NCBI GenBank assembly: GCA_030390025.1
Contig: CM059433.1
Location: forward strand, 24,430,001-24,494,000
Source: Squalus acanthias
Taxonomy: Eukaryota
Length of the DNA: 64,000 nt
Direction of reading: 5' to 3'
Each line of letters opens with the position of its first letter. The stretch's first letter is position 1. The notes beneath the pieces are model-generated. The model did no database searches, was not told the DNA's origin, and was given only the letters and a program-made list of their open reading frames with translations. The position numbers were made by a program, and so were the translations under genes. Positions 1 through 11,874 of the stretch are shown piece after piece.

Positions 1-327
1 TGGCAGTTACGAAAAATTTAACTGTCACGTTTCAGGAATTTAGATTTTTCTTCTTCACAGAAAAGGACTGGGGATTAAGTTATGCGCAAGAGTTCAAAAG
101 CAAAATAATTAGCAGGTTTCAAAAATGTCACAACCTGCAAGCACTGAAAAGTTGTATTAAAAGTAGGCAAGCCAGTTGGTGGAATATCAGGCAGTTTACT
201 GATTTGTATATGACCTCATCTCATTAAAATGTTAAGAATTCACCTTTGGAATACTGGAAGGAAGGAATTACATTTCGATAGCACCTTTCTTGACCTCAGG
301 ACATCCCAAAGCATTTCACAGCCAAAT

Positions 328-838
328 GAATGATGTGAAGGCCTTACAGAGGGTGCAGAAAAGATTTACAAGAATGGTTCCAGGGATGAGGGACTTCAGT
401 TACGTGGATAGACTGGAGAAGCTGGGGTTGTTCTCCTTGGAGCAGAGAAGGTTGAGAGGAGATTTGATGGAAGTGTTCAAAATCATGAGGGGGTCCAGAC
501 AGAGTCGATAGAGAGAAACTGTTCCCATTGGTGGAAGGGTCGAGAACCAGAGGGCACAGATTTAAGGTGATTGGCAGAAGAACCAAAGGCGAAATGAGGA
601 AAAACTTTTTTACGCAGCAAGTGGTTAGGGTTTGGAATGCACTGCCTGAAAGGGTGGTGGAGGCAGATTCAATTGTGGCTTTCAAAAGGGAATTGGGTAA
701 GTACCTGAAGGAAAAGAATTGGCAAAGCTGTGGTGAAAGGGCAGGGGAGGGGACTAGCTGAAGTGCTCTTGCAGGGAGCCAGCACAGGCTCGACGGGCCA
801 AATGGCCTCCTTCTGTACTGTAACTATTCTATGATTCG
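328..838 (+). mobile_element. CR1-clade LINE 3' fragment, inserted into a SINE tail
   Basis: ORF2 C-terminal peptides KALQRVQKRFTRM and KNFFTQQVVRVWNALP; CR1-type 3' tail. Confidence 0.85.
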
Positions 839-869
839 AAGTATTTTTAAATGCAAGTTTTTTTTCATT

Positions 870-2020
870 ATTATTATAATAGCCCTCACAGGCCTTCTTT
901 AATTTAAATTGGTGTTCAACCTCAATTTATCCATAGTATCAGACAAATAGTTTTCTTTATTCTAAATGGAGTATACTTATTCTATACCTTTACAATCTCT
1001 TAAAAACATCCCACTCTTGCTCTACAGTCAAGTTCACCTTCCTTCACTTCGACTAGCTCCATCATCCAAAATCTTCCCTAAACCAATCTGGTGCTCTAGT
1101 TTTTGTGCTGACTTTTTTTCCTTTCTATTTCGATCTTAAACCATACTATCATGTGATCACTACTCCCAGGGTGCTCATCTACATTTAGTTCAACCTAATC
1201 TTTCATTATTCACAGCCAGATCTAGCAATGCCTCCACTCTTATAAGCTTACTAACATACCACTTGAGGAAGAAGTCCTGCACAAATTTTAGGAATTCCAT
1301 TCCCTTTTCTCCATTTACTCGCCCTCTGTTCCAATCAATAAGGGGATAATTAAAATCTCCCAGAATAATAAAGGCTCCTATTAATCTCACTATCTGACTG
1401 CGTATTTCCTTCCCACAATTTGAAGGACTGTAATACACCCCTACTAATCTAACAAGCCCCTTTTTATTTCCTCTACATCCTTGAGCTTCAATTTGAAAAG
1501 CTTCACTATTTCTCTTGCCCAAGTTTTCTCCTCTCTAATGAGAGGAGCCTCAGTTCTATCCATGATTTTACACTTATCTACGGCACACACACTTGCCAAA
1601 TAGTTTACATCTCAAAATATTCAACCAGCTTATCCGTGATAATAGATTCTGCAATTTTCCTCAGTACCAATAGTCTTATAATTTCCATTGATTCCCTTAA
1701 ATAAGGGCACTAAATTTCATTCCCCTTTAATTAAAATTATGTTTTATACCCATCCATTAGCTTTTAGTGATTTCTGTACTTGGACCCCTAAATCTCTCTG
1801 CTCATCCACAGTTCCTAGCTTCGCCATTTAGAAAATACTCTGATATACCTTGAGTCCAAAGTGGATGATCACACACTTTCCAACATTGAACACCATCTGC
1901 CACAGTTTTGCCCATTCACTTAATCTATAAACCTCCCTTTGCAACTTTCTGCTCACATCTACACAATTTCACCTAACTTAGCGTTGTCAGCAAACATTAA
2001 ATGTATACATTTGAAGCTGG
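870..2020 (-). mobile_element. Degraded CR1-clade LINE fragments (endonuclease and RT pieces)
   Basis: ORF 1522..1190 contains IILGDFNYPLIDW...LLDL, an APE endonuclease motif. Confidence 0.7.
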
Positions 2021-4804
2021 TTCATTTTGTATTTTGCCATCTGCTCGTCTAGGTTATCAATACCCGGATTATTATTGCTTCTCCACTTAATTTCTCCAAA
2101 AGATGTTCAATTCACGGTCTCTTTACAACTCAATTGTCCCAAATTCCAGAATCACCCTTGCCACTCTCCTCTAAATTCCATCTTATGTATCCATGTCCTT
2201 TTAATTAATTGGAATGAATACACAGGGTGGGAGTGAACACACGGGTTGCAAAGAAATGGTTTTGGACTTTGACAATCTTTTCACAATAAAATGAAAACTA
2301 CGTAAAATTCAAAATAGCCTAAATGTTGACTTCAACCTGCATTAATAACATTGCTGGAATATCAATACTGCTGATTGAGTTTTTTTTTTTGCATTGTATA
2401 ACAAAATCTGTAGTATAACTGCAGTTCTAAGTATATGGTCCAAGAATAGGTCAATTTATCAGAAGTGGTACGATGTAACGATAAACCTTTGCGTGCCAAA
2501 GCATAAACCCTTTTATGAATCTTGCTATTCATTTCCCAAGGGGTTAATAAGACTCATCGTATTTACTATCAAATTGGAAGATACTGTCCTAGATCAAAAA
2601 AAAAATCTTTGATTGATGGAGCACACAAGGAGTGTACAAAATCTTAATGAACAAATTTATTTATAAATAAATAATACGGCTTGGGCAAACAGATACCTAG
2701 TTAAAGGGAAACATATGATCTCAAAATTTCAGCTCATACCAGAGATTTAAAAAAAATCAATTAAACAAAAGACAGATTTAGCTTATATAGAAGTGACTTT
2801 TTGTCGCTGGACCACAATGCAATTTTCAACAAAGTTGAATAACAGCACTGTCGAAATAGTTTTGGGAAAAAGACTTGTATTTATAGTGTCTTTCATGACC
2901 TCAGGACATCCCAAAGCACTCTGTAACCAAATACTTTTGGAGTGCAGTCACTGTTGTAATGTAGGTTTGCATGTTCAACATTTTTGTTTGAGCTCAGAGA
3001 ACATAACCCCTAAAAAAAACTCGTATTTTCCTAAATGATAGACTTGTAGCTATCAAATGCACCTTGGTTTGCACGATGGAGATATTAAGCATTTTTACAC
3101 GCAGTTCATCATAAGCCATAATGCCTAATCTTCAAAGGTTTTAGAGACAGATTACGCCCAATATGACTGCAATCAATACTCCCGCCTGGATTTTAAAATA
3201 TAATTTTAATCAATATTCATCTAGTTACTTTTAAAAAAAGGAGTTAACAGAAGATAACATGGAACAAGCAGCTAATTAGACAGCTTCCTCTATAGAGAAC
3301 GTGCATCTATCCTTTTAGTAGACTCTGCCCTACCTGTAATCTCCTGCAGCAAAATTATGCATAATACAGTACTCTGATCCTCAACAGTAAGCGAGCTAAA
3401 TTCCAGGTTATCTAACCATCCCCTAACATTCACTATTCAACTCTGGTCCGGTTGGTTTCCTGATCCCGGACAAATCGTTAAGATATTTTGACAGGAATGC
3501 ATTCCATATACCTACTAACTTGGCGTTGGAGGGAAAAAGAAAACTTTGCTTCCTACGAGTTAACTAATTTTCTACTCATATTACCCATTATCACAGTCCA
3601 AATTGAAGAACCTGCATACATCCTTGCTTAGCTTATTTAAAATAATGGGACAATGTTCGCTCTAATTTATTTTTCTTCAAGGAAAATAAAGTGCAACTTT
3701 GCAAGTCTCTCTTGTCTGAGCTCTCACCAATACATCGAAGTCCACACTCCCAGCAGAATTCTTTTATAGAACACCTGACCAGGAATTAAAGGAGAAATAT
3801 TGTCTCAATGGGCTGTTTTCAAGCAGCCTCAGTATCAGTAATATACTTCACAAACCAATTTCAAAAGCACTTTTCCAGAATCTTAGTCTGGCCTTAAAAA
3901 ATGCAAAAACATCAATTTTTGACAACTTCCCCCCCCCGCCGTATTAACTTGTTAAAACAGCTGCTCTCAAACATCTAGTGAGATTACAGGGAATAAAGAT
4001 TACATACTTTGTAGGGTATTCATTCTTGGAATATAAAGCATCATCTGGCTTATCAACTGTTCTGGGGAAACCACACAAGATAGCAACACACCCAAGCAAC
4101 ACTGTACACTTCAATGGGTGAGGTCAAACCACATGCTTTCCTCATTTTCACAGCATGGAAGAGGCCATATTATCTGATTGAGCAGCAGTTTGTTTTTTGC
4201 AGGCAGAGAAATAACATTCTTGACTCCATATTGAGTTCTGTAATTCCAATTTGAGTGTAAATTTTAGTTTTCTCATCAGATTAGAGTACTTTGTTTCGCC
4301 AGTTCGATCATTCTTGCAGATTATAGTTGTTAATATTTTTTTTTAAAATGCCACCGGGATTGAGCTCACCATACTTGGCTGGTAAACTTGCCTTTTTTTG
4401 CTCGGGTTGACACCTCTACAACAATGAATATCACTTTAGTTTTTCTGTTGTCGTGGTTAAAGCTCTGTATTACTTGATACTACCGCCCCAGTCAGTACCT
4501 GAACATCGCTTACTGTCTTGAAAATTTGTCAGTAAACCTTGAAGATCAGAACCAACAACTCCACAACAGTGTTCAGCACCAGGTTCTCCACTGCCACAGA
4601 ATTTTTAAATCGAATTGCTTTTCTAAATGTAATAAACTTACATTTATATAGCACCTTTGACCGAGAACAATCTCTCAAGGTGCTTCACAGGAGTGATCAA
4701 ACAAAATTTGACACCAGGCCACCTATGTATCATTGAAGCACAATATCTATACGTGGGAGATTCATTTCGGATTCTCCATTTGCACCCACCGGGACTAGCT
4801 ACAG

Positions 4805-5315
4805 AGAATTTCATAGAATAGTACAGCACAGGATGCCATTTGGTCCATCGAGTCTGCGCTCCTTCGAAGAGCAATCCAGTTAGTCCCAATCCCTGCTCTT
4901 TCTCCATATCCCTGACATTTTTTCTCCTTCAACTATTTATCAAATTCCCTTTTGAAAGCTACTACTGAATCTGTATCCATCACTATCAAGCAGTGCATCC
5001 CAAATCCTAACCACACTGGTAAAAGAACCAGAGGAAAAACTTTTTTTACGTAATCACCTTAAATCTGTGCACTCTTGTTATCGACCCTTCAGCCATTGGA
5101 AAGTTTCTCTTTATTTAATCTATCTAAACCCTATCAAATCTCCCCTTAGGCTTCCCTGATCCATGGAGAACAATCCCAGCTTCTCTAGTCTATCCACGTA
5201 ACTGTATTCTCTCATCCATGGAATCATTCTAGTAAATCTCTTCTGTACCCTCTCCAAAGCCTTCACATCCTTCCTAAAGTGTGGTGCCCAGAATTGGACA
5301 CAATACTCTTGCCAC
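4805..5315 (-). mobile_element. CR1-clade LINE 3' fragment
   Basis: EYCVQFWAPHFRKDVKALERVQKRFTRM peptide plus CR1 3' UTR. Confidence 0.85.
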
Positions 5316-5744
5316 ATTATTCAGTGAAAAGAATTGTTTGAGAAGTCCACTTGTCATGTTGACAGGTTTACTCTCTTCCAAGCTCTTCAATACTAAATGG
5401 TGCACCATAAAACCCTGGTGTTTTATACAGGGTACCAAATCACTTTGGTAGACATGTCAACTATCTTGTCACATATGGTCACAAAACCCAAGACAGACCA
5501 ATTTCCAAGCAAAGATTTGCAAGATGGATAGTAGAGTAAATTCACTATTGTTAACAGGATCAAACCAAATACTGCCAAGAAGGCATCCAGAAAACATATA
5601 TCCATCAATAATATATGTATAGCTCTCACATGCAGTAACCCCTGTTGGTTTACCAAACACAACTGCTTAGACTCAGCAGCTGCAGAAAACACCACCAATA
5701 CTGTCTTGGTCGTTGCGTTCAAAGTAGTTGTCCATCGCCTCCTC

Positions 5745-6072
5745 GACAGTGTAGTACTGAGGGAGTGCTGCACTGTCAGACTTGCCGTCTTTCAAATGAG
5801 TTGCTAAACCGAGGTCCTGTTTGCTCTCTCAGGTGGACGTAAAACATCCATTGCACTATTCAAGGAACAACAGTTAAATTCTCCCCAGTGTACTGACCAA
5901 TATTTAATCAGTCAACTAATATCACTAAAACAGATCATCTTATTGCTGTTTTTTGGACTTTACTCTGTGCAAGTTGGCTGCCATGTTTCCATTACAACAG
6001 TGACTTAATTAGCTCTAAAGCACTTTAAAACACTCCAAGGTTGTGAAAGGCACTATATAAATCAAAGCTCTT
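5745..6072 (+). mobile_element. Deu-domain SINE (SacSINE1/AmnSINE1-like) fragment
   Basis: Recognisable core GTACTGAGGGAGTGCTGCACTGTC...AAACCGAGG...CTCTCAGGTGGACGTAAA and tail TGAAAGGCACTATATAAAT (from memory of the family). Confidence 0.7.
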
Positions 6073-6660
6073 TCTGTCTTTTGTCCCACCAGCAATGTTC
6101 AGAGGATGTTGAATGAAGAAAAATTCCTATCTTGTCGGATCACCACTTCATCCACAAATCATCCTCACACTCCACATTCCCACCCTGTCTCCCCTTGCAG
6201 GGGTTTCACAAAAGAATTGTGTTTTTCTAAGTATTCTTTGTAACATTTGTAATAAAGGATGTCAGTTAATTGTGGCTTTGGTAACAGTTGTAACATTTAC
6301 TCTGGTCAACCACCACATTTTTTAAGCTGTTACGGAGAATGTACAAGATTAGTCAGGTTCTGAAAGCAAAAGACGGGTTCATGCTGTTCGTGCAATGTGT
6401 TCCAGGGGGTTGTCACCTTAAGGTGCTGAGTAAAGTGGCTGTGCACATTCAGAATGTTTCATCTTTATTTCCACATTTGCCGTTTTCTCTTTCAATTTTA
6501 CAAGATTGCAAGTATCTCATCCAGCATCTGAGAAAACAGCACGACACACGCAAGGGTGGGGGGGGGGGGAGATCAAAAGTCAACAGAGGCGGTCACCAAA
6601 TCTTATCATACGGTGACAGAAACATTTCAGCAGTCTGCAGTGCGCGTTTTCTGCCCTTAC

Positions 6661-6810
6661 CTCGTCGCCCCATTTCAGCACGTCCTTCTGCCGGTCCTTC
6701 ACTTTATTGTAGATGTTGAGGAACTGGATGATGCCGTGCTTGCGAACGTGATCAGCGTATTTCTTCGTCTCTTCCCAATTCAATGGCGAACCCTCCGACA
6801 GTAGACCCAT
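6661..6810 (-). CDS. GCLC: Glutamate-cysteine ligase catalytic subunit, first coding exon (50 codons); the remaining exons lie left of the window
   Basis: Translates MGLLSEGSPLNWEETKKYADHVRKHGIIQFLNIYNKVKDRQKDVLKWGDE, the GCLC N-terminus. Ends at a phase-0 donor GAG|GTAAGG (6660). Neighbour KLHL31 matches mammalian synteny. Confidence 0.97.
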
Positions 6811-7012
6811 AACTACCGACTGGATGGAGAGAGAGAGTGGGGGAAAAAGAAACACCCAGAGGTTACCAACAGTTTTTAAAAAAATTACCGTCGCGTATGT
6901 ACAAATAAAAATGTAGAAAAAAAGGTCAATCCACAGAGAACATTGTCAATCAATCAATCAGACACTGCGGGAGGACCGTGGCGCTCACTCGCACACCTCA
7001 GGCAGCACTCAC

Positions 7013-7230
7013 CGCGTTTCCCAGATCAGGCTGATCGCCGGGTCAGAGTAGGCAGAGCTCGCAGCTGAACGGGCAGCGCGGAAAGCTGGCCAGCCGGCTC
7101 GGCGAGGACCGCGGCCACCCCGGCGGGAGAAGGGAGAGCGGCTCGGCTGACCCGGATCGCAAGCCGCTGGATGCTAACGGATCGTGACAGCTAAGACTTG
7201 CTGCTGCTGCTCCCTCCGCCCGCTCTGTGC
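7013..7230 (-). other. Probable non-coding first exon of GCLC (5' end/TSS uncertain)
   Basis: Consensus donor CG|GTGAGT at 7012. Polypyrimidine tract plus CAG acceptor (6820) 9 nt before the ATG. Confidence 0.6.
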
Positions 7231-7359
7231 GTGTGAGTGAATGACTCCGCCCAGCTCTGTGCGTGTGAGTGAGTGAGTGAATGAGTGAATGACTCCGCCC
7301 AGTTCTCTGCGCGGCGCTGCTCGCAAACTTTGCCGCGATCCTGCGCCGCGCCGCCGTCC

Positions 7360-7745
7360 CTCGTCACGTGACCCAGTGATGCCCCGCCCCCTTTTCCTTC
7401 CTCTCTCTCCTCGGATTGGAGGACCACCCGCTGCCTCGAGCCGCAACCGTCGACATCACATGACCCCAGTACTGCCGCCCCCTTTTTCCTTCTTCCCCCC
7501 CCTCCCTCCTCCGGCTTGGAGGCCCACCCGCTGCCTCGAGGCGCAACCGTTGACGTCACGTGAGCCAGTGAAAGGGGGGGGGGCGGCCCCCTTTCCTCTC
7601 CACCTCCCCCCCCCCCCCCCGCTCGAGCGGCAACCGTCGGCGTCACGTGATCCAATGCTCCGCCCCTTTCTCCCTTTCACCTCCCCCGGATTGAAGGCCC
7701 GCCCGCTGCCTCTCGAGCGGCAACCGTCGACGTCACGTGACGGGC
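7360..7745. repeat. Degenerate tandem repeat, ~87-100 bp unit, ~4-5 copies, in the GCLC promoter
   Basis: Recurring CTCGAG..GCAACCGT..GTCACGTGA motif; E-box cores at 7365, 7457, 7557, 7644 and 7734. Confidence 0.85.
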
Positions 7746-8404
7746 TGGAGCGCGGCGGCCAGCGTCAGGCGCCAATGACTCGACATTTTCGGGATCACAT
7801 GAAAGAATGGCGGCAGCTGGCCAGGGCTGGAGGGTGTTACCCACCCGCAGCGCCTTGGCTTTGTGCGCGTGTGTGATTTTAAAAGAAAATTTGCTCCATT
7901 CGACAACCTTTTTAATTTGAAACGCGGTCTTGTTTGTAGTTGCAAGATCCCCCCTTCCCCCACTCAAAACAAAATAAAGCGTTTCTTTCAATACGAAAGT
8001 AAGAGTTTGGGAACATGTCAGTGCGCGGAGGTGTGACTTGCATAAGACCTTCATTGCGAAACAGCTCAAGAGCGTGTTTCCAAGCATGCTTTGAGGTACT
8101 GATCTCTTTCAGTTGAGATTGTCAGCATTTTTTGTTTACCACTGAAAGAATGCCATTGTATAATTGTTTATTAAAGTTGGTCGCTATTGTATAACTTTAT
8201 TTAATTTCAGATTTGGGAAGGAGGAATTAGTGTAATGAATTTCATTATTCAATGGTTGGCAAACATTTTCTGTCCGCTCTACATCCTGTATAAGATTCAC
8301 ACACGCATCACCAATAACCAGCTTTGCCAGTACTTTTAATATAAAACAGTTGGGGAAGAATTGCTTTAAATGAGATGTGATGGAAAAGTTACACTCTCCA
8401 ACAA

Positions 8405-8645
8405 GGGGGGGTCGTTCGGCCCGATTGCCTGCCTCTCTTCCGCGGCCATGTTCGCGCCCGGGTGGCCCTGGAGATGGAGCACGCGGTGTCCACCGGCACG
8501 CTTGAGTTTTTCCACGACCGGTGGGCGCCGCGGGGACTGGAGTGCATCGTCACCCCGGGCTACCAAATTTTAATTTAATTTGTTAAGGTTTATTTAAAGT
8601 TTTATTGATTTACAGTCATTTGGTTTAGTGCCCTATCAAAAAGAG
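8405..8645 (+). mobile_element. 5'-truncated Tx1/L1-clade LINE 3' end with 15-bp TSD
   Basis: Flanked by TACACTCTCCAACAA (8390-8404 and 8646-8660). Encodes GVVRPDCLPLFRGHVRARVALEMEHAVSTGTLEFFHDRWAP...*, then a T-rich 3'UTR. Confidence 0.7.
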
Positions 8646-8829
8646 TACACTCTCCAACAATTTCATTAAAATTTAACAACGTGAGAGATGGAACTCTTCT
8701 ATTTTAAGGAACCAGTATCTATCTACACATAATACATCACATTTCCTGTCAATTTTTCTCATTATAAATCCCTATGTCTATCTTAATAGTCATCCCCTTT
8801 GGACCCCAAAAAGATAAATAGTTTTGAAG

Positions 8830-10290
8830 TGATGAAAAGCTAGGAACTGTGGATATGCAGAGAGATTTAGGGTTCCATACAGCAATCACTAAAAGCTAGC
8901 AAACTAATTAAAAAAGCTAATGGAATGTTGGCCTTTATCTCAAGGGGGCTGGAATACAAAGGGGTGGATGTTATCCTACAGTTATATAAAGCTCTGTTTA
9001 GACCCCATCTGGAGTCTTGCATTCAGTTCTGTACACTGCTCCTCAGGAAAGATATAACGGCCCGAAAATTAGACCTAATACGTGAGAGTACGCACTGTGT
9101 ACTCTCGCGTTTTAGGTCTCCAATTGCCGGTTTCCAGCATGCACTGCGCATGCGCGGGAAACCGGCACTTCGTGAATTCAAAAGGGGGTGTTTCCTAAGT
9201 GAACTGCGTGCGCGCTACAGGCTGCACGCACGCAGTGCACTTAGTGCTTTGAACGCGCAGGTAAGCATGGAAGATTTTACACATAAAGAAAGGAGGCGTA
9301 AGACCCTCTTTTAACAAGGTAAGTAGTTAATTAAGTATTATTTTAAATTTTTTTCAACAGGTTTATCTTTTTTAGAGACTTTAAAGAAAGGTAAGTTTAT
9401 TTTTATAACTTTAAAAAGATTTTAAATTTTTTCAAAAATTTAATTTTTTGTTTAAAGTGGTTAATTTATTTAACTATACTTATTTTATTAATGTGATGGC
9501 TTTTTTTAAATTTAATTGAGGTTTAGCTGTTCTTTTGGGGGGGTATAGATTCATAGCTTTGACAGCCCTTGCTGTCAAAACTATGAATGAAAGATGGTGT
9601 GCTGCCATTGGCTCTAACTGAATCATGTGATCCCAGAGCTCGCACGAACTAATTGCGTCTCTGGGTCACGCAAGCAGTGGATAGCTGCAGCCTTGAAACT
9701 AAAGTTCGTGTGGGCCCGGAGGAAAAAGGTAGGCGCGGAGTGAGATATCGCGGGGAAGCCTTACCCCCGCGTGAACACTCGGTGTTTAATTTCTGGGCCA
9801 TTGGCTTTGGTGTGAGTGCAGCACAGATTCACCAGAATGATACTGGGTATAAAAGGGTTAAATTATGAAGTGAGGTTACACAGACTTGGCTTGTATTCCT
9901 TTGAGTACAGAAGATTAAGGGGAGATCTAATTGAGGTGTTTAAGATGATTAAAGGAGTTGATGGGGTAGCTAGAGAGGAACAATTTCCTCTGGTGGAGGA
10001 GTCCAGGACAAAGGGTTTGAACCTTAAAATTAGAGCTAGGCTGTTCAGGGGTGATGTCAGGAAGCACTTCTTCACACAAAGGGTAGTGGAAATCTGGAAC
10101 TCTCTTCCACCAAAAAGTTGTTGAGGATGTTAATTGAAAATTTCAAAACTGAGATTTTTATTAGGCAAGGGTATTAAAGACTATGGAACCAAAGCGGATA
10201 GAGGGAGTTAAGGTACAGATCAGCCATGATCTAAGTGAATGGTGGAACAGGCTCAAGTCGCTGAATGGCCTACTCCTGTTCCTATGTTCC
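8830..10290 (+). mobile_element. CR1-clade LINE 3' fragment interrupted by a MITE
   Basis: MLAFISRGLEYK...LRKDI before 9058; ...RFTRMI...KHFFTQRVVEIWNSLP after 9800. Confidence 0.85.
9058..9800. mobile_element. MITE, probably Harbinger-type
   Basis: TIRs CGGCCCGAAAATTA / TAATTTCTGGGCCA; cleanly splits the CR1 reading frame; TSD unclear. Confidence 0.7.
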
Positions 10291-11098
10291 CATAATGGAA
10301 ATTGCCCATATAATATGTCACCCTGTTTTACACTCTCTTTCTAATAGAGACAATACAGCACCACTGCTGGCAGGAGTATATGATTACAGTGGGCAAAGTT
10401 TTACATAGCCAGTTTCCAATATAAATGTGGACATAGGAATTAAAAATGGAAATATATAAGTACAGAATGTACTTTATCTGTGTGCCATGGTCTAATTATT
10501 CCCTGCCCTCTAACCCTTCTTCACCTGAAGACTACACTTGGTCTTGAGTTCCCACGTGCAATGCCATGGGAGATCAGCTAGTAATGTAACTATTTGCTAT
10601 GTGTGTTGTGCACTTTTTATTTTTGCATCACCATTCTGTCATGCCTCTAACTGTGGCATCACAATAGGATTTCCCCATGATAGCATTACCTGTCATACAG
10701 TCACACCTGCAACTGTGCACTTATACCATTAGATTGGGCTTTATAAGCTTCAGATTACTGCAGCATCACTAATGCACTCTGAGGGAAATTCATTTAGTCT
10801 TGATTTTCTGTGGGCAATGCCATGGGAGATCAACTAGTCCACATTAAACACTTCCAGATCAGATTATAGTATAGATTAGATTCAGTGTACAGCCCTCTCT
10901 ACTCTTCCCCAAAAATGTTCTGTAATCCTAACCTCAGAAGAGCAATGCCAACTGCATCAGTGTACATTTTCGGTTCCGCATCTTGTAGCTTCTCTGAGTG
11001 AGATTGTCCTGTTTTCTGCTGTGGGTTCCTCTCCACTAGACAATGGATTGAAACTTCATATGGAATGCTTACAGTTAGCAGACATAGGAGACTTTCAT

Positions 11099-11874
11099 AA
11101 AAACAGAAAATGCTGGAAATACTCAGCAGGTCAGGCAGCATCTGTGAAGAGAGAAACAGAGTTAACAGGCTGGATTTTATCAGCCCTGAGGTGACGGGGT
11201 TGGAAGGTGGGACTGCTGGGAAAATCAAAAAGAATGGGAGCGGGTCCCGAACCCGCTCCCAACCCGCCTCCAACCAATCTTCCCGGGAGTCGGGTCCCCG
11301 ATTTTTCTCTAGGTGACAAGCTTTGAAGTGTTTGTGTGGCCTCACCTCATTGGGAGAAGTGACAGATCGCTTCTGTACCCTCACCTGCAGCTGCCATCTG
11401 TTTTATCCTAAGGAGAGAGTCATTGGAGAGCCTGGGTACAAGGGCTCACCTTTGTACAGTGATTGTCAGTGTTTGACAGCACCTCAATGCTGTCAAACAC
11501 TGTCAAATCATCTGTCAAAAATAAATGTTTCATGTCCCTTTAAGAAAACCGGCAGATGAAGCGTCATCAACTGACGTCATCTGACACCGGCTTTCCCTTA
11601 ATTGGCCAGCAAGCCCACAGGGCGGGCTTAACAAGGCCAATCGGGAAAATAGCGTCTGTGCGTCGGACGTCGCTGGGGGCAGGGCTAGAACCCGGAAGGC
11701 AGCAGTCCCGCCCCAACTCGTCTCGGTAAGTAAAATCCAGCCCAACGTTTCAGGTATCGACCTGAAACGTTAACTCTGTTTCTCTCTCCACAGATGCTGC
11801 CTGACCTGCTGAGTATTTCCAGCATTTTCTGTTTTTATTTCAGATTTCCAGCATCCGCAGTATTTTGCTTTTGT
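11099..11874. mobile_element. Palindromic Penelope-derived insertion with 15-bp TSD
   Basis: TSD ATAGGAGACTTTCAT (11084-11098, 11875-11889). Inverted arms of AAACAGAAAATGCTGGAAATACTCAGCAGG...GTTAACGTTTCAGG, the same terminus as the GIY-YIG-coding copies at 38.3 and 44.5 kb. Confidence 0.85.
11167..11743. mobile_element. Harbinger-type MITE nested in the Penelope palindrome
   Basis: TIRs AGGCTGGATTTTA / TAAAATCCAGCCC; 3-bp TSD AAC. Confidence 0.85.

Larger units (their letters stand above)
6550..7900 (-). promoter_or_regulatory. CpG-island promoter / 5' region of GCLC
   Basis: Sharp rise in GC and CpG. GC boxes, two ATGACTCCGC AREs (7241, 7289), repeated TCACGTGA E-boxes, and a TGACGTCA CRE at 7551. 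Confidence 0.9.

Noticed and set aside
4008..4061. 54-nt AG..GT-bounded minus-strand segment as GCLC exon 2 or a poison exon
   Set aside because: Does not encode the expected VEYM... peptide, has a stop at codon 3 in the GCLC frame, and has weak splice signals. True exon 2 was not found in the window.
6580..6855. 91-aa ORF as a complete small protein
   Set aside because: It is the GCLC exon plus read-through into flanking intron sequence.
7199..7212. (CAG)4 tract as a homologue of the human GCLC 5'UTR trinucleotide polymorphism
   Set aside because: Too short, different unit, no alignable evidence.
7360..7745. Regularly spaced repeats superficially resembling a CRISPR array
   Set aside because: Eukaryotic context, 'spacers' are homologous to one another, no cas genes.
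7174..7876. Several overlapping 60-195 aa ORFs on both strands
   Set aside because: Low-complexity Pro/Gly/Arg translations of the GC-rich promoter repeat; no protein motifs.
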